From NCBI GenBank assembly GCA_048213135.1, contig PS015088.1:108322-128321 (forward strand): a stretch of DNA of 20,000 nt. Reading direction: 5' to 3'. Of this stretch, positions 1-10,137 are shown piece by piece. Position 1 is the stretch's first letter. The number at the start of each line of letters is the position of its first letter. The translations under genes and the position numbers were made by a program. Source of the stretch: Reclinomonas americana ATCC 50394 (taxonomy: Eukaryota). A model generated the notes under the pieces. It was not told the origin of the DNA, did no database searches, and saw only the letters and a list, made by a program, of their open reading frames with translations.

Positions 1-519
1 CGCAGGCAACCTGTGACACAGTGCATGTGCATGTGCGTGAGAGAGAGGGAGACAGAGAGACAGAGACAGACAGTGCCAGAGAGCGCGTTTCTTACCTCTC
101 TCCTCTCTCATGCATACTCTCTCTCTCTCACACACACACTCTCCCTCTCTCACACACACGCACCGTCTCATAGCGTACCACAGCGCAGAGCGAGAGAGTC
201 ACTCTTATCTCCTCACTCCCTACCCCTTCCCCTCCCTTCCCCCTTCTCCCCCTTCTCCCTTCTCCCCCTTCTCCCTTCCTTCCCCCTTCCCCTCCCTCCT
301 CCTTCTCCTTCTCCCCCCACCGACCTCCCCCAACACCAAATCCAGCTGCCCGAGGCCCACATGCGAGCGGAAGACCAGCACCGAGGCCGCCGACTCACCG
401 CCCGCCGAGGGCGAGGCGGGAGTGCTGCTGGGCAGTGAGAGCGCGTCGTTGAGCGCCTGCGAGAAGTTGCCCACGAGAAGCTCTTCGAGAACTTCTTGAA
501 ACTCGGCGCGGTGTGTCAT
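1..519 (-). CDS. COPE: Coatomer subunit epsilon-like protein, 5' part (exon 519-325; intron 324-11; continues off the window start)
   Basis: ATG at 519 gives MTHRAEFQEVLEELLVGNFSQALNDA...VLVFRSHVGLGQLDLVLGE. This resembles the recalled epsilon-COP N-terminus (F-x-LG-x-YQ-x-x-IN-x-A ... LVFRSYIALGSYQLVISEI). Donor GTCGGT at 324, acceptor CAG ending at 11. Confidence 0.65.
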
Positions 520-1060
520 CTCTCTGCTGGTGAAGGGAAGATTGATGGAGCGGGACACAGGCGACTTCGCTTCCGTGTGTCGCTCGCTCGCTCTCTGCTG
601 CAGATGCTGTACTGTGTAGTTATACGCCTTACTCAACTGTGCATGCTTGCTTTGAGCGGCTTCGTGAGACTTGTCTCTATAATTCGATATCAGTATCGAT
701 ATCGCGAATTATAGTGTTTCACTTTCTTTCCTGTTGAAAACCGATGGGTTGAAAAGAGGTTGCCCACGAGAAGCTGTTCAAGAACTTCTTGGAACTCGGC
801 GCGGTGTGCAATTGCTCTGCAGATGAAGGGAATATTGATGGAGCGGGACAGGCGACTTCGCTGTTGTGTGTCACTCTCTTGCTCTCTGCTGCAGATGCTG
901 TGCGGTGTAGTTATACGCCTTGCTTTACTGTGCATGCTTGCTTTGAGCAACTTCGTGAGAGTTATCTTTGATAATTCGATATCAGTATCGCGAATTCGAA
1001 ATGCACGCTTCTGTCTCGTTTTTCACTTACTTTCCTGTTGAGAACCGATGGCTTGAAGAG
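466..1060. repeat. Diverged tandem duplication, unit about 293-302 bp (466-758 and 759-1060)
   Basis: Both copies begin GTTGCCCACGAGAAGCT, share long blocks such as GCTCTCTGCTGCAGATGCTGT and ATAATTCGATATCAGTATCG, and end TTCCTGTTGA(A/G)AACCGATGG. Confidence 0.95.
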
Positions 1061-1253
1061 AAACCAAGTGAACGCGTTACCTCCCGTCATTGTGTTTTCT
1101 CTGATCATTCACTGTTGATCATGAAAACGACGAAGACTAAAAAACGGATTCGTGTATTTTTAGCATTTTCGTACAACTCTCTCTCTTCCTCCCTCTCCTC
1201 TCTCCCTCCCTCTCCCTCCCTCTCTCCCTCCCTCTGTGCGCCTCGGCTTCACC

Positions 1254-1732
1254 TCAGTGCTCCCAGTGAGTCGAGACGTCTGTGCTCAACACGACGCCAC
1301 AGTCGGCGCACTGCAGCCTGTTCCAGTTGCACGCGACGCCATACGATGTGTGCCAGTGACTGGTCTTGTGTGCACACACGGCCTTCTCTGCCTCTCCATC
1401 GTCTGTGCGAGCAGCAGGCCTCTTGTTGACTCCGTGATCACCGTGAGCGGGAGAGCCCGTGTCGGAGGCCATGCGAGGCAAATGATGCGTGTCTGCCTCT
1501 TGACGTGCTGATTCGTCTATCCTCCTCTCTGCGGCGACGATGGAGTTGGCGGTGGGGCGTTGCACGACCTTGGAGCAGTGCGGGCACATTTCGAATTCGA
1601 GTCGGGCGCGGAAGGGCACCTGTATGTGGTGTTGTGGTGAGCTGCGGCTCTGAGCAGCAGGGCGTGGCGCGGGATGCGTACCATGGTGTGGCAGGAGTTG
1701 CACGGGAAGGCCTCTCTTCTCTCCGCCGCCAT
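1254..1732 (-). CDS. Small Cys/His-rich putative zinc-binding protein, 138 aa (exons 1732-1682 and 1619-1254)
   Basis: Removing a 62-nt GTACGC...CAG intron joins MAAERREAFPCNSCHTM to VPFRARLEFEMCPHCSK, creating a CxxC-x14-CxxC zinc-ribbon pattern. The C-terminus carries CAH...C...CADC. Confidence 0.6.
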
Positions 1733-1914
1733 TTGCTGATTAGATTACGATCAGATTGGATGATTGTGAACGAGTGCGGTTACTGTCCTCGTGAGTCCTT
1801 CTTCCGCCACCGGCGCCTGCTTGTGAGCTGCTTCGCTAGAGCGGTGCATCTGTTGCTGGCGCTCGTATTGATCTCGACCGCGTTTGATACACCTCCCCGG
1901 CACCCGCAGAGCCA

Positions 1915-2100
1915 ATTGCCTGGCGCGCAGAATCGTGTGCGGCACTGTTCTGCTGCGTTGTTCCAGGAGCCAGCTTGGTCTGGCAGTAGCGAAGGGGGTG
2001 GCGATCCACGCCCACAATCGACAAGTACACGAGATGAGGCGGAGGAGGGCCTGCCGTCTTCTCAAGTGCGTCACTGAGACCTTCACATCCGTGGAGAAGC
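1915..2100 (-). pseudogene. Frameshifted fragment of an NAD(P)H-binding / atypical SDR (NmrA-like) oxidoreductase
   Basis: One frame reads PHLVYLSIVGVDRHPLRYCQTKLA (YxxxK motif). A different frame continues SRTVPHTILRARQ. Together they match the recalled motif H(L/V)VY(I/V)SIVGVDR..Y..AKL.AE...SG.P.TILRATQF. No Gly-rich Rossmann N-terminus is seen. Confidence 0.6.
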
Positions 2101-2199
2101 CGCGCGATTGGAAGCCAAGTACCGCAGCTTGTCTTTTCTTCTGCAAGTCATTCGCACGCTTATGTTTCCGCCCTCCCCCTCTCCCCCAGCTTTCCCCTC

Positions 2200-2405
2200 T
2201 GGCGCTTCAATGCTCTGGCACGGATACATTGCCCTTCCCTTCGCCCTCTCCCCGCTTTCCCCTCTTCCTCACCAGTGGGTATTGGTGCTTTAAAATGCTC
2301 GGCACGCATATATTTCCCTTCCCTGCGCCCTCCCCCTCTCCCCCAGCACCAATGGGTATTGGTGCTTTAAAATGCTCGGCACGCATACATTGCCCTTCTC
2401 TTCAC
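2200..2405. repeat. Short tandem repeat, about 78-bp unit, 2 good copies plus 1 degenerate copy
   Basis: ACCA(G/A)TGGGTATTGGTGCTTTAAAATGCTCGGCACGCATA starts at 2271 and 2348. A degenerate GCTTCAATGCTCTGGCACGGATACATTGCCCTT starts near 2204. Confidence 0.85.
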
Positions 2406-2442
2406 CCTCACCCTCTCTCCCCTCCTCTCCTCCCTTCCCCCT

Positions 2443-5400
2443 TCAAGTCGAAAACGCCTTGTTCAACTGCTTCTCCAACGTCTTGCGCATACCCGCATTG
2501 AAGACACTGCTGGGGAAGTTGTCCTCGTTCGTCGAATCCTCACGCCACGCCTCGCACAAACTCTGCATCCGCACGACGGATTCAGGCAAGCTCTCAATTG
2601 CAACACCTCCCTCATTTCCACGCTGCCCTCACCTCCGCATCATAGATTCCCTTGCTGCGCAGATGCTGAGCCACTTGCGCGCACGTCTCCGGCTCCCACA
2701 AGTGCTGCAGGTACTGGCGAAGGAAATCTGCAAGCACACGAAAGGTCAGTACTGTTACTTCCTCTTCTTCTCTTCCGCGTCCATCTTTTCTTCTCCTCTG
2801 TCTCCTTCATCTTCTCCTTGTTCCTTTTCTTCTCTTCCACGTCCGCCTTTTCTTCTCCTCTGTCTCCTTCATCTTCTCCTTGTTCCTTTTCTTCTTTTCC
2901 TTCTGCTTCATCTCCTTCTTCCTCTTCTTCTTCTACTTCTCCTTCTCCTTCTCCTCCTTCTCCTCCTCCCTTTTTCTGTTCTTTATTTTCTTCTTCTTCT
3001 TCTCCTTCTCCTCCTTCTCCACCTCCTCCTCCTCCTCCTCCTCTTTTTCTTCTTCTCCTCCTTCCCCTCTTTCCCCTCCTTCCCCTCCTCCCCCTCCGGA
3101 TCCCCTTCTCCTCTTCCGCCTTCTCCTCTTCCCCCCTCCTCCTTCTCCTCGCCACTCACCCGCCACCGGCACATCACCCGGCCCATTGGGATTCACCCAC
3201 GCACTGACTGGCTGCGGCACCGGCACCGCAGATCCACTCCCAGAGGCCACAGACTGCGGAGAGATCACAGCGCTGGTGCTGTGGGCGCTCGAGCTGAGCG
3301 GCGAGTGTCCACTGTCATGCTCGACTTCCGAGCCGGCGGCGTAGGCTTGCTCCAGAGTCGGGAAGCGACCACTGGAGCCGAGAGCGGCGGGATTCTCTTC
3401 CATCTGCTCGGCCAGCGTCTCGAGGTTGTTGAGTGCGAGGAGGTAGGCTTCGTGAATGGCACGCAGCACCGACACCTCCACGTCGAGGTCTTGGAGTCGC
3501 TCGTCGCGGTACGTGCGGATGAAACGCACGCGCTGCACACCGTAGCCACCGTCACCCGATGCGCACATGCGGTCGCGCATGGCAATGGTGTCGGCGTGCG
3601 CCTCGGCCAGCAACGCATTGCCGGTAAACTCGCCGCCCAGCAGGTCGACCTTGGAGACGAGAATCATCGTTGGGATGCCATCTACAAGAAAGTGAGTGGT
3701 GAGACGATGCGCTGAACAGAACACTTCGCAGTCGACGAACCAGGTGGCAGAGCATCGCGGGCACGCGAGATAAAGGTCAGCATCTTCTCGCGGGTGGCAC
3801 CGTTGCCGACATTGTCGGCCGGGATGATGAGCAGCAGGCAGTGCACCTGCATTGACACAATGTAAGTCAACCCCAAACCTGAATGAACAGTCGGCAGAAG
3901 AGTGACATAGGGAAAGAGAACAAGAGGGTGGCTGCTGAACGCTGTGAATTCGCCTGTCGCACAAGTCTCACCTCGTCACAAACAGTTGGGTTGGGATTGA
4001 AGCACGTCGGGTCTTCGCGGCCCATGCGGCGGAAGTCCCAACCGGCTTTGGCCTTGCCTTGCACAATGTACGCAAGCTCGTCTGCACAGCACTCTGTCAA
4101 CATCACAAATTGCTTCCACTTCGAGAACACAGATGGGTCTCACCGCGCTCATACAGTCCCTTTTGCCAGCCCATCATGTCCAAGAACGCCAAGTGCTGGA
4201 ACCGAGGGTCGCGCAGCGCCTTGTGCACCATCAGTCGCTGCGTCAGGCTCGTGGAGGAGTCACCGGAGCAAGCCACACGTTCGCCCTGTGATGTTGTAGA
4301 CCGCGAGATGAGAACGAGCTCTTACGATGCCTCTCGGGCACCAATCTCACCGGCGAGTTCAGCCCAATGCTCTTCAGGGTGTTCAGCAGCGACGTTTTGC
4401 CGGCCTTGACCTCGCCGGCCACCAAGAAATTGATGCGCAGCTTGGGGCCAAACACCTGGCGCAGATACTCCAGGCGCGTGGTGTTGGCCAGCTTTTGCAG
4501 CAGTTGCTCACGTCTGCCACGATAGGGAAGTCAGCAGACAATGAAACACAACTCACGGGTGACATACTCAACTCGTCCACTAGTCCTCCACCGGGCGCCT
4601 CGTGCTGCGCCTGTAGCAGAATGCGAGCTGCAACCTCCTTGTGGCGGCGCTGCAGCTCCTCAGCTACAGCATCGGCAATGGGCTGTTGGATGGCATCCGG
4701 GAGAGTGTCGTCCAGAGCGGCGGACAGTGCGGCAGGCAGGTCTCGCTGCACGGCCTGCGGCAATGCGCGTGCAAGGCCGTCGGCAAGTTGTCGCTGCATC
4801 GCCGGCGGCAGCTTCTGGTCTACGAGGCCATTGATCGTGTTGGGCAGCAGCTCGTTCAGCACCGGCGGCAGTGCCGCGGGCAGCGCTGCGGGGAGCACAG
4901 ATTTGATGGCCTCCGGCAGGATGGTGCGCAGGGCGTCGGGGAGAACGCGATGCACAATCTCATCCACCCGCTCGCCGAGTCGCTCCTCCAAGAAGCGCTC
5001 GAACGCACCAATGTCGACCGTGGTGTCTGCAGACGCGGAAACGGATCAGTGTTTTGACACGAGAAGCTGCATACGAAGAGATTTACCGATGATCTCGTGC
5101 ACCTCCAGTTCCGTCCAGGCCATGTTTGCGTTGCCGCCCAGCATCCAGTACTCATTCAAACCCTGTGGGCTGTATGTTCCGCCAACATTGCTGCACGAGG
5201 GGAGTAGAGACACGTTAACAAGGATGGACAGCATGGTCCAAGTAAGTGAGACACTCACACGTAGACGTTGTTGTTGCTGTTGAAGTACAAATCCTACAAA
5301 CATGCGACAGCATGCGCAAGGTGAGAATTTCTCCTGCTGACTGCAAACGCACGAGCTGGCAACTGTAGCGCAACGTGGTTGCTCCCCCAGGCACCGTAGT

Positions 5401-6018
5401 AGCTGTTTTGATGGTATACTGCACTCTCCTTGCTCTGGTACTGGTCAAAACGACGCTCATCGCGCTTGCCTTGCACAATCAACTGTGCATTCAAGAAGAC
5501 AGATGAGAACGAGCAACACCAATCAACGACTGCACCGAGACAGCAACTCACGGAGAAGATGAACGCCTCCGAGTCGTAGTGGTACTGCCCGTTAGTGCCC
5601 CACTAATGGAACACACAAAATCAGATCAAATTACATTTGTACATGACGGATGGATTGACGCAACGTGTGTGGTCTTGAAGCCACCAAGCAGGAACTGCGA
5701 CCCACCACTGCCACCTCCGGCAATGGTGATGGTGTTGCGCAGGCCAGAGGCATCCGTCTTTTGATGGAATGTCGAATACGATGAACCATCTCGTGTGTAC
5801 CGGTACACCAGACGCAGACGACTGATGCACACATGCACACGCAGCGAGAGGTTAGAAGAGGTAAGAAAAAAAGAAGAAGAGAGTGTGTGTTGCGAGACAT
5901 GAGCGCACCACGACGAGTATCCGAGAAAGTTCTGAATGGCCGTCACATCGGCCTCAGTCAACAGAGCGCTCTCCACCACAGGCAGAATCTGGCGACGAGG
6001 ACGAGATCCGCTTGCCAT
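2443..6018 (-). CDS. TLDc-domain, IFI44/IFI44L-like P-loop NTPase with an LP-repeat linker and a C-terminal SAM-like domain, about 758 aa, 14 exons
   Basis: Exons 6018-5909, 5821-5665, 5602-5552, 5482-5375, 5293-5259, 5190-5087, 5026-4573, 4513-4351, 4285-4144, 4081-3972, 3846-3741, 3681-3160, 2727-2633 and 2562-2443 sum to 2277 nt in one open frame. TLDc motifs: LVYRYTRDGSSYSTFH, LLGGF, DSEAFIFSL, WGSNHDLY, ELEV. NTPase motifs: FLVAGEVKAGKTSLLNT, FLDMMG, PTVCDEVHCLLLII, GIPTMILVSKVD. The 4573/4513 junction is the least certain. Confidence 0.85.
2728..3159. repeat. Pyrimidine-rich (CTT/CCT) low-complexity intron with an internal duplication of about 45 bp
   Basis: TTTTCTTCTCCTCTGTCTCCTTCATCTTCTCCTTGTTCCTTTTCT occurs near 2786 and 2848. 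The region is bounded by a GTGAGT donor (3159) and a CAG acceptor (2728) on the minus strand. Confidence 0.85.
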
Positions 6019-6254
6019 GGCTCTCACACACAAATGAGAAAATTGTGATTCCGTTTGCATGCGACAGGACATGCATTCCCGTCTTGGTGGATATTGACAG
6101 GACTGTTTCGAAACGCGACAGAATTGCAGTGCGTCTCGTTGCCGCTGGTGGTGTGTGTTGTAGTCTGAGAGACTGTGAGTGAGAGTGCGTCTTTGAGAAG
6201 CGCGCCAACTGCCCAGCTGCAGCAGACAGGACGCAATATCCCGTTTCCTATCCA

Positions 6255-8404
6255 ATGCTCTCTGACGAGCAACAGTTGCAGCTGCTGTGCTGGATTGGCC
6301 GCGATGGGTACGCATGCACACACATGCCACTCTTCTGCACCACTGCATGCTCACTTGTGTTCCCAGGCAACGACTTCGTCTTCACGAGTTGCATTCGTCG
6401 CGGAGTGGTCGCTCGGGGTTCTCCACTGCTGAGGTGGCCAATGTGGCCGAGCGATACGCTTCCTCGTCGTTGTTTGTGGTGTTGTGGACGGCCAATCAGT
6501 CGATTGTGGGCGCATACACAACGCGTTCGTGGAAAGCCGCGCGATGTGACCCGCATGCGTTCTTGTTTGCAGTTGCGCACTCGTGTGAAAGCAGAAGCTT
6601 TTGTGAGTCTCTGACGTGGGGACTCCAGCTGGCAGTGGGCGGTCAACCAGTGGCGTGTGTGCTGGAGAATGCAGGTGTCGCGAGGCATCAAGATTATGTG
6701 TGCGGATTGGTTCGGAAGCATCCACAGGTGGACTCGAGAGTGATCAGCTTTGGCGCTGGTCCGGTGAGTGTCTACTATATGCACTGTCATGGCCGTCTCT
6801 TCCTCGCGCGTGCTGAGTGCAGTGGTGCAGGATCTCGCGTTGCAGCACGGTGTGTTGCTTGTTCCATCGCGTAGTATGTTTTCCAGTGCTGCGACGTATC
6901 AAGCACAAGACACACTGCGAGTGGTGTGGTGAGCATGCTGTGCTGTGCATCCACCACGACTCGGCACTCAATGACACTGTTTGCGTGCCACAGCAACCCT
7001 GGCCACTCATTCGAACCCTTTGACGATCACACTAGGCGACTCGATCCCGAGCTCTTCAGCAGCACCGGCTCGCAAGTGGTGCAACTCGCAGTGTATGCCG
7101 TGGTCGCAGGTTCGTTGCACTCTCTCTTTTGTCTGCGTCGTGCTTCTAATTCTGTGCCACAGGGGGCGAGCCACTTCGAAAACCTGCTGCGCACTCCACT
7201 GCAGCCGCACCTCCACCGTCACTGCCTGCACACCGCCTGTCTGAACTGCAGGCGTTGAGCGGGCAGAGCGACCAGTGTGTCAGTGCACTGCGGCAGCTGC
7301 CGAATGTGGATGACCTGTTGGCAAAGCTGCACACCGTGCTATGTTACCAGCAGGATTCCATCCAGAGCCTGTGCGCTGAGAACTCCGCCTTTCGCCAGCT
7401 GCATGCCGTGCCATCGCTGCTGGTGCGTCTGTCCACCTGCACTCTTGCATTGATGCCTTCTCTTGTTTTCACCACGCCAATCTCCAGCAGGTTACAGTTG
7501 GAGGCACTGGCGCAGCACCGAGCGCGACCGGAAGACCATTACCACCGCCAGCACGTCAGCCTGTTGTACAACCACCACCACCACCACCGCCTCCTCCACC
7601 TCCACCCTCGCCACCTCTCCCACCACTTCCGCCACCTGCTGAATCTGTGGACCACGTGAATCGCACTCGAGCACCCGACATGGAGTTTGCACTCGACGAC
7701 GACGACAGGCATGCCGAGCGTGCCATAATGTCGCCAGTGCCGCGGATGATGTACGTTCCGCGGATTGTTGTGGTGTGCTCACAAATTGCAGAGCGTGACT
7801 TTACGTCGGCCTACTGCCTGCCCGAGGTGTGCCGAGCGTTGCAAGTTGCAGGTACGTCAGGAGACAACACAGAGAGGATTGGAGGTGGTGTGAGTGTGCT
7901 CAACACGAAGAATCGTCTCAGGTGCCTTCCGAGTGGTCTCCCTGGCCGATCGTCCTCGCCACATCGACGGTGTTTTGGTTGCTCTGCGCGTGTCGGGACG
8001 GATAGAGACTGACGAGATTCGCACCTTCTTTCGTCGGGTGCTCGGCAGTGGTGGTGGTGCGTTGCAGTCATACCGATAAGTGGCTTCTCCTTTGCAACTC
8101 ATGATCGCTGTGTGGTGCAGCAGGCTCTTCGTCGTCATCATCATCATCATCGAGAGAACCCGTGCGACAGGTGCTGTTGTCGTTCATGAATGAGCCGAGC
8201 AAGCCGTGTGACTCGGATGACGAGCTGAAGACCGGTATCCCGGCCTCGGAGCTGGCACGCAGCGGGATTGCATGCATCGACATGCGCTTCGTGGAAAAGT
8301 TCCCCAGTCCGTCGCGCTTTGTCACAGACCGCGGATTCAACCGCCAGCAGCTGGCGAGATTGGACGAGGCGCTGGGTGGCACGGGTGACGAGTGGAGCGA
8401 GTGA
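6255..8404 (+). CDS. Divergent TLDc-domain protein with a helical segment, a polyproline tract and a C-terminal helical (possibly SAM-like) domain
   Basis: Exons about 6255-6307, 6367-6602, 6675-6763, 6831-6928, 6994-7109, 7163-7422, 7491-7851, 7922-8056 and 8121/8124-8404, all phase-compatible GT-AG. TLDc-like motifs: MLSDEQQLQLLCWI, SGFS, IVGAYTTRSW, DPHAFLFAV, FGAGPDLAL, LAVYAV. An extra intron near 7720-7791 and the true start are uncertain. Confidence 0.7.
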
Positions 8405-9237
8405 AGCGCGCGAACTGTTTTGAATGGCGAGAGGCCGGCGCCGGCATTGATTTTTCTGCCACAACGGCCGACTTTTTCCCTGCAACCACCAGTGACCGGT
8501 TGTCGACACACTTCCCCAAAGCGCTATGAACGCATGGGCGCCAGCGCATTTGAAGGGAAAGGCGCGCGCCAATCATCATCAATACACATGCATGCGCAAA
8601 TTCGAACACGGAAGGACTCTGTCGATGCCTTGCGCGGCCACACGTGCAAGTCGACACGCTCGCACTGCAAACGGCAGCGTGTGGGATACACAAGAGAAGA
8701 AGAAGACTTTCTGTATTCCCAGCGCGGCTTTTGGACATTCCAATTGTCGGCGGAGTCACACATTGTCGTTGTGCGCACGAGAGAAAGACGAAACACAAAC
8801 ACCACACTCACACTCACACTGTTGTCATTTTCTCTGTTTGCGCAAGTGAGTGAGCGTGAGCGTGCGAGTGAGTGAACACAAGAAAGAGAGCGACGTCATC
8901 GCACAAGTGTGTGTGCGCGCGAGAGTGGGAAAATGTCCGCGGCCATGTCCACAGGGTGAGCTAAACACACCGCTCTCTCTCTCTCTCTCTCTTTCTTCCT
9001 CCCTCTGTCACACACACGCACATGCACCACACCACATCCTCTCTGCTCTCCCACAGCGAGAGCAACACATTCCTTTCGCACCCTCAGGCATATTCGCCAC
9101 TGTGTGATGGCGATGGATATTCTGCTCAGCCCAAATGAGACATTCTCTCCTCTCAAAAATCGTTTGTACACGCTCTCTTTCCCTCACACACTTGTCTCTG
9201 CGCACATGCGCCTGTGAGCGCGCGCACGAGAGAGACA

Positions 9238-10137
9238 ATGAGTCGCGCGTGTGCGTGAGTGGGGGCACAGACCGTGTGAGACCATATTTGAGTGTTAGAC
9301 ACGCCCACTCGCTTTTCACTCCGTATGTGTTCTCTGGCACACTCACTCGCTTTGCCTCAAATACAGAACTGAGGTCGATGCCGCACCTCCACCTCCACCA
9401 CCAGCAGCAGCAGTGGAGAAAGTCGCCACTGACTCCTCCTCATCATCGACGTCATCATCAGTTGGTGTGGTGCGCATCTCGCCCTCCACACTCGTGCTCC
9501 CGCAGCATTACTCGTCCGAGGAGGCGGCCGCCCTCAGCGTGGCCATTGCCAAGGGCGACATTGAAGAGGCGCGACTCATCCTCTACCGCAACCGCGCGCT
9601 CTTCAAAGCCGACTTACCCGACGCCGCCATGTCGAGTGAGGTGCGCCAGTTGGCCTCGCAGCGACGCCTGCTCAAGGCCATGATGCTGCGCGCGAATGGA
9701 GTCCCGGTCGAGTCGCTGCTGGCCTACCTCCACCAGGACGAGAAACAAGCGGACGGCGACGCTGCTGTGCCTGTGCCGCCGCACGTTGCCGGGACGACGC
9801 CGTTGCATTTGGCGGCGCAGCTCGACGAGACCGACATGATACGGTACACACAAAGAAAAAGAGCGTTTCCTTGTGTAAGTCGCCGCCGTTTTCTGACTTA
9901 GATGATGATGGCAGGTGGCTGGTGAATGAGCAACCGTGGTTGTTGGTGGTGCGAGACGCGCACGAGCGAACGCCGGCGGATGTGGCGCGCGCCATGGGAA
10001 ATCGAATGGCGGGCGAGGTGTTGCAGCAGTTGCTGATGGAGCACTTGTCTGCTGGTCAGTCTTCTTCTTCGTCGTCTGCAGAAGATCATCAAAAACACGG
10101 TGGTTTGTTGTTTGGTTTTGGGCGGCGGGCGTCGTGA
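9238..10137 (+). CDS. Ankyrin-repeat protein (exons about 9238-9254, 9367-9843, 9915-10137); may be the 5' part of the downstream kinase-HECT gene
   Basis: ALSVAIAKGDIEEARLIL, GTTPLHLAAQLDETDMIRWLV and DAHERTPADVARAMGN are ankyrin-type motifs. The intron at 9844-9914 (GTACAC...CAG) restores the frame. The first exon is tentative. Confidence 0.75.

Noticed and set aside
2372-3715. 447-aa + strand ORF with a poly-Leu 'membrane' segment
   Set aside because: It is antisense to the IFI44-like exons, and the Leu run is translated intronic CTT/CCT microsatellite.
5883-6182. Possible upstream coding exon for the + strand TLDc gene ending at GTGAGT (6175)
   Set aside because: There is no in-frame ATG and it overlaps the divergent gene's first exon. 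At most it marks a 5' UTR intron.
7500-7659. His-rich peptide (HHHHHRLLHLH) suggesting metal binding
   Set aside because: It is an alternative frame of the polyproline exon, and splice phases favour the Pro frame.
8410-8880. Possible small gene (minus-strand MCDSADNWNVQKPRWEY..., or + ORF 8420-8875)
   Set aside because: No recognisable motif and no convincing splice model. It cannot be excluded without RNA data.
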